Source: an uncultured Spirochaetales bacterium
GTDB lineage: Bacteria; Spirochaetota; Spirochaetia; DSM-27196; DATKUC01
Direction of reading: 5' to 3'
NCBI GenBank assembly: GCA_964553615.1
Contig: CAZKMA010000021.1
Coordinates: 4,402 to 68,401, forward strand
DNA: 64,000 bases
In this document: one piece after another, positions 27,732 through 34,384 of the stretch
Layout: the number at the start of each line of letters is the position of its first letter
Numbering within the stretch: position 1 is the first letter of the stretch
Translations under genes and position numbers: made by a program
Notes under the pieces: model-generated
What the model saw: only the letters and a program-made list of their open reading frames with translations
Databases searched by the model: none
What the model was told of the DNA's origin: nothing

Positions 27732-28414
27732 CAGACCCTCGCCAGGTTGAACAGCACGGTGGTCAGAATGGGCACGGTCAGATTGTCCAGGCCGAATGGT
27801 GTCAAAACCTCAATAGCGGTGGCAGTTGCCGCCACTTTGACCGATGTCAGAATGATTGAGTCAATTCCGCCGGCGAAGGAAAAGACCGAGAGTACTCCGA
27901 TTGATACGAGGAGGGATGCCAGAAACATGGCAACCGTTCCGCGAACAGATTTGAAGGTCCCAAAACCGAAGACTGTGAATCTCAGCCTGGAGCTTCTCCT
28001 GCCGATCAGCGCCGCCATTCCGTCTCCCCATCCCATGATCAGGACTCCGAGAGCGCCGGTATAGACAGGGAATACTCCTCCGAAAGTCAGGAATACCAGC
28101 ACGAGAAGGGAAACCGGATAGTAGATTGTGCCGAGACTTGCACGTGCCGCCTCGGAATCCAGTGCGGAAAACAGAGGCCGTTTCAGCGCGAACAGATTGA
28201 ACGCAATGAAGAACAGCGGGCCAATCGCCGCCACCCACGGTTTGTGGTGGAAGAGCATTGCAATGATCCACCAGTGTGCAACTCCAATGTGAACGATCTT
28301 CCGTCCCGTGTCGCCATCTATCTGATTTCGGTGGATGAGAATTTGAACGAAGCCGAGAAGAGAAAATATGAAAACAAATGAAACGAGGATGCCAAGAATG
28401 TCACGCATACCCAC
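27731..28414 (-). CDS. CTP-dependent polyprenol (phytol/dolichol) kinase family membrane protein (VTE5-like)
   Basis: Polytopic. RKIVHIG and the C-terminal MGWGDGMAALIGRR motif are typical of the phytol kinase/dolichol kinase/CDS-related family. Confidence 0.7.
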   Translation of the reverse strand: MGMRDILGILVSFVFIFSLLGFVQILIHRNQIDGDTGRKIVHIGVAHWWIIAMLFHHKPWVAAIGPLFFIAFNLFALKRPLFSALDSEAARASLGTIYYPVSLLVLVFLTFGGVFPVYTGALGVLIMGWGDGMAALIGRRSSRLRFTVFGFGTFKSVRGTVAMFLASLLVSIGVLSVFSFAGGIDSIILTSVKVAATATAIEVLTPFGLDNLTVPILTTVLFNLARV

Positions 28415-28470
28415 GCATTGTAGCGAGCTTGCACAAGCGGTGCAATTGATCTATTCTGAAGGGGATTCCA

Positions 28471-29217
28471 ATGGCAGTTCAAGATAAACAAAAACGGCTG
28501 GCTGTGCTCATCGATGCAGATAACACCCAACCATCAATCATTGAGGCATTGCTCGAAGAGATCGCCAAATACGGCGTATCGAGTGTGCGCAGGATCTACG
28601 GAGACTGGACGAGTCCCAATCTCAAGGGATGGAAAGACGTTCTTCTCGAGTATGCAATCCAGCCGATTCAACAATTTGCATATACCCGTGGCAAAAACGC
28701 CACCGACAGCGCGATGATCATCGACGCGATGGACTTGCTGTACACCGACAAATTTGACGGTTTCTGCATCGTCTCGAGTGACAGTGATTTCACGCGTCTG
28801 TCGGCGCGCGTACGCGAGTCGGGACTCACCGTCTACGGGTTCGGCGAACAAAAGACTCCGAAGGCGTTTGTCGGTGCATGCGACAAGTTCATCTATACCG
28901 AAATTCTTCGAAAGCGGGATGAAAAAGAGCCCGAAGTTCGCAAGGCACCAAGCTCGAAAGAGCTGAAGAGCGACACGCGGCTGGTCACGCTGCTACGAAA
29001 TGCGGTTGAGGACTCTGCCGACGAGAACGGATGGGCGCACCTGGGTACGGTCGGTCAGAATCTTGCAAACCGCGCTCCTGAGTTCGATCCCCGGAACTAC
29101 GGCTACAAGAAGCTTGGAGATCTCATTCGAGCGACCGGCCTGTTCGAAATTGATGAGCGATCCGCAGAAAACTCCCCGGCAAAAAATCTGTATGTGCGGG
29201 ATATTCGACGGCGGTAA
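28471..29217 (+). CDS. NYN (LabA-like) nuclease domain + OST-HTH/LOTUS domain protein
   Basis: N-terminal LAVLIDADNT...GKNATDSAMIIDAMDLLY...FCIVSSDSDFTRLSARVRESG (NYN/DUF88). C-terminal WAHLGTVGQNLANRAPEFDPRNYGYKKLGDLI (OST-HTH). Confidence 0.85.
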   Translation: MAVQDKQKRLAVLIDADNTQPSIIEALLEEIAKYGVSSVRRIYGDWTSPNLKGWKDVLLEYAIQPIQQFAYTRGKNATDSAMIIDAMDLLYTDKFDGFCIVSSDSDFTRLSARVRESGLTVYGFGEQKTPKAFVGACDKFIYTEILRKRDEKEPEVRKAPSSKELKSDTRLVTLLRNAVEDSADENGWAHLGTVGQNLANRAPEFDPRNYGYKKLGDLIRATGLFEIDERSAENSPAKNLYVRDIRRR

Positions 29218-29220
29218 CGA

Positions 29221-29649
29221 ATGGCATTCATGAAAAGACGCAGTAGCCGATCGGATGAGCGGGCGCGTTTGATCGAGCGCGGATTTCGACTGCGATCGCT
29301 CGACATTCTTGCAATTGCCCTGGCGCTCGGTGTGGTTGTGCTCTTTTCCGTAAACGCGTACACCGGATCAGGAAACAGCAGCGAGGTAATTGTCCAGGCG
29401 GATGGGAAGGACTTTCTCTATCCGCTCAATCAGGATACCGAGTTCAAGGTAACCGGTCCCATCGGAAAAACTACCATTCAGATCAAGAACCATTCCGTCC
29501 GCGTTGTTGATTCGCCCTGTCGCGACAAGATCTGCATTGCCGCGGGGTGGCTCTCTCACACCGGTCAGTGGACTGCCTGTCTTCCCAATCGTGTCTTTGT
29601 CAGAGTTGAGGGTGGAAAGCCGGCCACGGTGGATGCTCAGACCTTCTGA
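29221..29649 (+). CDS. NusG domain II-containing protein (DUF1312-like), N-terminal TM anchor
   Basis: A TM helix (ILAIALALGVVVLF) is followed by ...IVQADGKDFLYPLNQD...IKNHSVRVVDSPCRDKICI..GWLSHTGQWTACLPNRVFVRVEG, the C-x3-C...C pattern of NusG_II proteins found next to flavinylation genes. Confidence 0.7.
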   Translation: MAFMKRRSSRSDERARLIERGFRLRSLDILAIALALGVVVLFSVNAYTGSGNSSEVIVQADGKDFLYPLNQDTEFKVTGPIGKTTIQIKNHSVRVVDSPCRDKICIAAGWLSHTGQWTACLPNRVFVRVEGGKPATVDAQTF

Positions 29650-29785
29650 TCCGACCGCCCTTTGACGTCTGGGCACACGCAGTTGCGGACCTGTCTTTCA
29701 GCACTATCATCCTTTTTGTAAGCAATCTCAATTGCATTTCACCTGGTTACCTCCATGCCGCAGTCAACGTCCATCTCGAAATGGT

Positions 29786-29814
29786 TTGACATATGCCGAG
29801 AAACAGGATAGGAT
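29786..29814 (+). promoter_or_regulatory. sigma70-like promoter of the FMN_bind gene (TTGACA-17 nt-TAGGAT)
   Basis: Consensus -35 TTGACA at 29786-29791, a 17-nt spacer and TAGGAT at 29809-29814, about 45 nt upstream of the ATG. Confidence 0.55.
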
Positions 29815-29859
29815 AAAATTATACCCAATTCACATCATAGCTTACCACGGGAGGAGAAT

Positions 29860-30693
29860 ATGAAGCGGCTAATGGTAGTCATGCTGTTGCTCGCAGTCGC
29901 ATTTGCGGCGTTTGCGAACGGCGAGAAGGAGAAGGGCGCTATCGGCTCTTCTGGGGCCCTGAAGGACGGAAGCTATTTTGCGACCTACACGACCGCAGAC
30001 AATCACGGCTGGCAGCCGTTCATGCGGATCGAGGTTGCCGGAGGTAAAATCGCTTCGGTTGCATACAACTATGTGAGTCCGGACGGAAAGATGTTCAAGA
30101 CTCAGGACAATCAGTACAACACAACCATGCTGAAGTTTGCCGGAACGAATCCTGAGAAGGCATACCCGGAGCTTGAAAAGCGGATAATATCCGCCCAGTC
30201 CGGCAAGATAGACGCGGTAACCGGGGCTACGCACTCGAGTGAAACCGCCATGGAGCTTGCTTCCGATCTTGTTTCTCGCGCCGGGACAGGAAATACCGCC
30301 GATCTGGTTCTGCCTATGACGGGAATGTATACGGCGGAAGACAAGCCGGACGAGCACGGCGGGTGGATCGGTCATCTTGAGGTGACATTCGGCGATCAGG
30401 GGAAGGTCACGAAGGTGGTCTACGACGAGGTCAAGAAAGAGAATAACAAGATTGTCGCCTACAAAAGCAAGGACATGGAATACGAGAAGAACTTCAAGGC
30501 CAAGAGCGGCATCAGTCAGGGAGAAGCTTACACCAGGCTGAGTGCCGAGCTGACGGCGACCGCCAAACTGAATACCGTTGATGCGGTCACGGGTGCCACA
30601 GGAACGAGTGAGCGGTTTAACGCGCTTGTGGAAAATATCAAGATGCAGCGGACAGGTGTTGCGCCTTCGGCAATAAAGGCGATGCTCAAGTAG
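29860..30693 (+). CDS. secreted protein with two FMN_bind domains (PplA-like flavinylation substrate)
   Basis: Type-I signal peptide (LLAVAFAAFANG). There are two repeats, each containing the ApbE target motif D-A-V-T-G-A-T (DAVTGATHSS at 30211-30240 and DAVTGATGTS at 30580-30609). Confidence 0.85.
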   Translation: MKRLMVVMLLLAVAFAAFANGEKEKGAIGSSGALKDGSYFATYTTADNHGWQPFMRIEVAGGKIASVAYNYVSPDGKMFKTQDNQYNTTMLKFAGTNPEKAYPELEKRIISAQSGKIDAVTGATHSSETAMELASDLVSRAGTGNTADLVLPMTGMYTAEDKPDEHGGWIGHLEVTFGDQGKVTKVVYDEVKKENNKIVAYKSKDMEYEKNFKAKSGISQGEAYTRLSAELTATAKLNTVDAVTGATGTSERFNALVENIKMQRTGVAPSAIKAMLK

Positions 30694-30719
30694 CCTGGAA
30701 TTGCTCCGCAGAGATCGCC

Positions 30720-30769
30720 ATGGCCGTTGTCCTCCGATGTCCTGCACCGGAGGCAACGGCCATTCTTTC
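30720..30769. terminator. long hairpin between convergent FMN_bind and apbE genes (probable bidirectional terminator)
   Basis: atggccgttg(t)cctcc ... ggagg caacggccat forms a ~15-bp stem with one bulge, followed by tctttc on the + strand. Confidence 0.55.
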
Positions 30770-30788
30770 GGCGTGTGTTCTCAGACTC

Positions 30789-31925
30789 TCAGTTTGTTAC
30801 GTTGTCCGCCTTTTCTATCTGATCAATGGTGGAAACGGGGGGCGTATAATTCGGACCGGCTGCTGCGGTGGAAATATCCTCGATGTGGTAATCGGAGTTG
30901 GTGAGGGTGAACTTCCCATCCAGGCCGGGAGTGTAGTAGACCTTCTTGTTGTCGGTCACAAATATGGCATCGACACCCTTCATGTCACGGATCAGTTTAT
31001 AGCCATTTTCAAGCCCAAGCACGAATACCGATGTCGAAAGTCCGTCACAGATCATGGATACGTTGCTGTAGATCGTGGTGCTGGTCAGATGGTCCTGCAC
31101 CGGATAACCTGTCTTCGGGTTGATAATGTGGTGATACATGACTCCGTTCCTGATGAAGTAACGTTCGTACGGTCCCGAGGTAACGACCGACATATTTGTT
31201 GCGTTAACGATACCGAGGTAGCCACCGCGCGGGGCAAACGGTGTCTGGATTCCGATGCGCCAGGGCTTCCCGTCTGGTTTCGCGCCCATTACCAGGATGT
31301 TGCCGCCGAAATCGAGGATGGCGTGTTTGACCCCTTCCTTGATGAGAATCTGTTCAGCCTGGTCTGCAGCGTATCCCTTGGCGATGCCACCCAGATCGAT
31401 TCCCATCCCTTTCTTCTCCAGATACACGGAGTGATCGGCTTCATTCAATTTTATCCAGTGCCAGTTCACCAGAGGAAGCAGTTTCTTGATCTCTTCCGGG
31501 GATGGAAGTTGTTCATGATCGGTGCCGATGCCCCATAGTTTTACGATGGGTCCGACCGAGATATCGAAGGCACCGTCAGTCAACTTGCTGAATTCGAGTG
31601 CCGTCTTTATTACGTCGAAGACGTCTGGGGTTACCTGTACCGGTTTGATGCCGGCATTCCTGTTTATTTCGACAACTTCGCTGCTGTTTCCTTCCGTTGT
31701 CATGCGGTTATGAATGTCGCGCACGCGGGCAAACGCTTTTTCGAGAACCGAGGGGTCTACCCGATCGTACACGGTCATGGTAATGGTGGTGCCAAGAAGC
31801 AGTTCCGTGCGGGAAAATGGCTTCGTGGATGTCCTGCTGCCACATCCAGTGACCAATACCAGAGTGAGGGTAGCCACGCCCAGCAGCGCAGCCGTTGTCC
31901 AGCGAAACGGTGTTACTCTGTTCAT
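30789..31925 (-). CDS. apbE: FAD:protein FMN transferase (ApbE/Ftp), lipoprotein
   Basis: Lipobox LVLVTGC. ApbE blocks are present (TMTVYD...RDIHNRMT...GAFDISVGPIVKLWG..., GIAKGYAADQ, VVTSGPYERYF). It also has a ~40-aa C-terminal extension. Confidence 0.9.
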   Translation of the reverse strand: MNRVTPFRWTTAALLGVATLTLVLVTGCGSRTSTKPFSRTELLLGTTITMTVYDRVDPSVLEKAFARVRDIHNRMTTEGNSSEVVEINRNAGIKPVQVTPDVFDVIKTALEFSKLTDGAFDISVGPIVKLWGIGTDHEQLPSPEEIKKLLPLVNWHWIKLNEADHSVYLEKKGMGIDLGGIAKGYAADQAEQILIKEGVKHAILDFGGNILVMGAKPDGKPWRIGIQTPFAPRGGYLGIVNATNMSVVTSGPYERYFIRNGVMYHHIINPKTGYPVQDHLTSTTIYSNVSMICDGLSTSVFVLGLENGYKLIRDMKGVDAIFVTDNKKVYYTPGLDGKFTLTNSDYHIEDISTAAAGPNYTPPVSTIDQIEKADNVTN

Positions 31926-31938
31926 GATAGAACTATTA

Positions 31939-32029
31939 GTACCATATTTATCGAATTGAGGTCAATGTATTACTCTTTTAGCAAGTAAAAAGTGATAACT
32001 GACTTGCGTTAATTCGATAAACATGGTAC
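31939..32029. promoter_or_regulatory. 19-nt inverted repeat pair (GTACCATATTTATCGAATT / AATTCGATAAACATGGTAC) in the apbE-ndh divergent promoter region
   Basis: The arms at 31939-31957 and 32011-32029 match at 18/19 positions as reverse complements and are separated by 53 nt. Each arm overlaps the spacer and -10 of a predicted outward-facing promoter. Confidence 0.6.
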
Positions 32030-32091
32030 GATAATTTTATACCGAAACATCACCATCTTTTTGGGAAACCAAAATCAGCGGAGGCCGCAGT

Positions 32092-34269
32092 ATGGCAGAG
32101 AAGACACGTATTGCTGTGTTAGGAGCCGGTTACGCCGGCATAGCTGCTACGAAACTGCTCTACAAGAGGTACAAGAAGAACCCCAACGTAGAGATCAGTA
32201 TTATCGACCGGAACCCGTACCACACCCTCATGACGGAGCTTCACGAAATTGCCGGGTCCAGAACCGAGCCTGGGGCAGTTCAGGTGAGCCTGGCGAAGAT
32301 CTTCGGCGGGAAACGCATGAAGGTCGTCATTGACGAAATCGATACGATTGAGTTCGAACAGAACAAACTTGTGTCGAAATTAACTGAATACCCCTACGAC
32401 TATCTCATCATCGGCGCCGGCGCTGAGCCGGAATTCTTTGGAACGCCCGGTGTCCAGGAGCATTCCTTTACCTGCTGGTCCCTGGAGGATGCAATTCGCA
32501 TTCGCGTCCACGTAGAAGACATGTTTCGCGAGGCAGCCAAGGAGCCGAACGAGTCGAGGCGCAGAGAACTGCTGACATTTGTACTGGCTGGGGCGGGGTT
32601 TACCGGCGTTGAGCTTGCCGGAGAACTTCTCGAGCGGCGCGATGTGTTGTGCGAGCAATATCATATCAACCCCAAAGAGGTCCGGGTCGTCATTGTTGAA
32701 ATGAAAGACACGATCCTGCCAATTCTGCCGGAATGGCCACAGAAGAAGGCTGAAAAGTACCTCCAGAAACGTGGCGCAGAAATCATGCTCAATGCTCCGG
32801 TAGCGGAGGCTTCAGAGGGTTCTGTACGGGTTGCCGGCGATCACGACCTCGAGATCCGTACCGAAACCTTTATCTGGACCTGCGGAGTTCACGGGTCCGA
32901 GTTCACTTCGAAGATTGAGCTGACCAAGGGGAACTGTTCGCCTGACCACGGAGCGGTTGCTTCAATCGAGGGTATTCACGGCATGGCCGGATGCCATTTC
33001 GACGACGACGAACGGTATGTCGTCGGAGAGCGCGGTCGGATCAGTGTAAACAAATACTGTCAGTCCGTGGACTTCGACAACGTCTATCTCGTCGGGGACG
33101 TCATGTGGTACGTTATTGGCGACAAGGTCGTGCCGCAGATAGTCGAGACGGCGTTGCAGTCAGGAGAAGTCACTGCCAGGAATATCATCACGGATATTGA
33201 GGGTGGTGAGAAAGAGGGCTTCAATCCGAAGTACCACGGATTCATGGTTTCAATCGGCGGGCGGTATGGTGTAGCTCACGGCATGGGGATGTCGTTTTCC
33301 GGGTTCATGGCCATGTCTGCAAAGCACCTCATTAACCTGCATTATCTGCTCGGACTTGCGGGAATTAACGCCGTGTGGGAATACATGCAGCACGAGTTTT
33401 TCACAATGAAGGACCGGCGCAGTTTTATCGGTGGACACCTGTCATGGAAGATTCCGTCCTATTGGGCCTTTCCGCTTCGATTGTGGCTCGGCGGAAAATG
33501 GCTTTACGAGGGAATCAAGAAGGTCACCGAAGGCTGGCTCAATCCCGGCAAGGAGGGACTCGCGCACGTATGGTCAGGAGCCATTCGAATGCCTGGTGTG
33601 AGTTTTGCTGCCGAGGCAACGTCCGCAGCAACGGCTGCGACGGGGGCAGCGGCGGGACACGTTGCGCAGGCGGCAACGAGTGCTGCGGCAAATGCGACCT
33701 CGGCAGCGACGGCGGTTGCACAAGCTGCACCGGCAGCCGCTCAGGCGGCGGCTGACGCAACATCGGCAGCAACTGGGGCAGTAGCCGGCGCGGTAGCCGG
33801 TGCGGCACACACTGCCGCAGCTGCGGCCTCCTCCTACGGGCAGGCACTGAGCGGCCCATGGGGCGTGTACACCTGGTTTGCCCACAATGTCCTCAGCGCT
33901 TCGCCGCTGCTGGCGTTTCTTCTGCAGGCCGTCGTTGTCATAGTTGAGATCGGCCTTGGACTTGCGTTCGTTGGTGGAGCCTTCACCTGGCTTGCCGCTG
34001 TCGTATCCATTCTCATTGGCGTAATGTTCATCGCCTCAGGATGGGGAAGTCCGGAGCTGCTCTGGTACATGTTCGGCGCTCTCGTCATGATGGGTGGTGC
34101 CGGGCGCGCTCTCGGCCTCGATCACTGGATCATGCCGTGGCTGAAGGGCTGGTGGAACGGTACCCGGTTTGCCAAGCGCACCTACCTCTACACCGATGAA
34201 CCGCACGATCGATGGAACGGAAAGCGAGCAAGTCGACCGCAATCCAACATTTCTGTGTCATCACGATAG
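32092..34269 (+). CDS. ndh: type II NADH dehydrogenase (NDH-2) fused to a C-terminal DoxX/DoxD-like membrane domain
   Basis: Two Rossmann motifs (IAVLGAGYAGIA and FVLAGAGFTGVELAGEL) and the NDH-2 C-terminal blocks up to ~aa 430. These are followed by WLGGKWLYEGIKKVTEGW, an Ala-rich linker and then ...VEIGLGLAFVGGAFTWLAAV...MMGGAGRALGLDHW, which is DoxX-like. Confidence 0.8.
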   Translation: MAEKTRIAVLGAGYAGIAATKLLYKRYKKNPNVEISIIDRNPYHTLMTELHEIAGSRTEPGAVQVSLAKIFGGKRMKVVIDEIDTIEFEQNKLVSKLTEYPYDYLIIGAGAEPEFFGTPGVQEHSFTCWSLEDAIRIRVHVEDMFREAAKEPNESRRRELLTFVLAGAGFTGVELAGELLERRDVLCEQYHINPKEVRVVIVEMKDTILPILPEWPQKKAEKYLQKRGAEIMLNAPVAEASEGSVRVAGDHDLEIRTETFIWTCGVHGSEFTSKIELTKGNCSPDHGAVASIEGIHGMAGCHFDDDERYVVGERGRISVNKYCQSVDFDNVYLVGDVMWYVIGDKVVPQIVETALQSGEVTARNIITDIEGGEKEGFNPKYHGFMVSIGGRYGVAHGMGMSFSGFMAMSAKHLINLHYLLGLAGINAVWEYMQHEFFTMKDRRSFIGGHLSWKIPSYWAFPLRLWLGGKWLYEGIKKVTEGWLNPGKEGLAHVWSGAIRMPGVSFAAEATSAATAATGAAAGHVAQAATSAAANATSAATAVAQAAPAAAQAAADATSAATGAVAGAVAGAAHTAAAAASSYGQALSGPWGVYTWFAHNVLSASPLLAFLLQAVVVIVEIGLGLAFVGGAFTWLAAVVSILIGVMFIASGWGSPELLWYMFGALVMMGGAGRALGLDHWIMPWLKGWWNGTRFAKRTYLYTDEPHDRWNGKRASRPQSNISVSSR
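33607..33834 (+). repeat. Ala/Thr/Ser low-complexity coding tract inside the ndh fusion gene
   Basis: Translates to AAEATSAATAATGAAAGHVAQAATSAAANATSAATAVAQAAPAAAQAAADATSAATGAVAGAVAGAAHTAAAAASS. The nucleotides are GCN-rich with reiterated gcagc/gcggc units. Confidence 0.8.
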
Positions 34270-34320
34270 TCTGCATTGTAGAACCCGGAAAATCTTAGTA
34301 CATTACATAACGGGAATCAT

Positions 34321-34346
34321 GCGGCCGGAATCCTCCGGCCGCTTTT
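34321..34346 (+). terminator. Rho-independent terminator after ndh
   Basis: Perfect 9-bp stem gcggccgga / tccggccgc with loop atcc, followed by TTTT. It lies only 38 nt upstream of the next ATG. Confidence 0.8.
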
Positions 34347-34384
34347 AGCAAATACGTGGCACACTGCTGCGGACGGGATGGAGA

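Noticed and set aside
30720-31538. 272-aa plus-strand ORF
   Set aside because: It is antisense to apbE, which has a lipobox and the ApbE motifs. It has no motifs of its own.
33375-33885. Several ORFs on both strands across the Ala-rich tract; the tract was also considered as a possible tandem repeat or CRISPR-like array
   Set aside because: The region is GCN-codon low complexity inside the continuous ndh-DoxX reading frame. It has no regular repeat-spacer periodicity. The alternate-frame ORFs are by-products of the composition.
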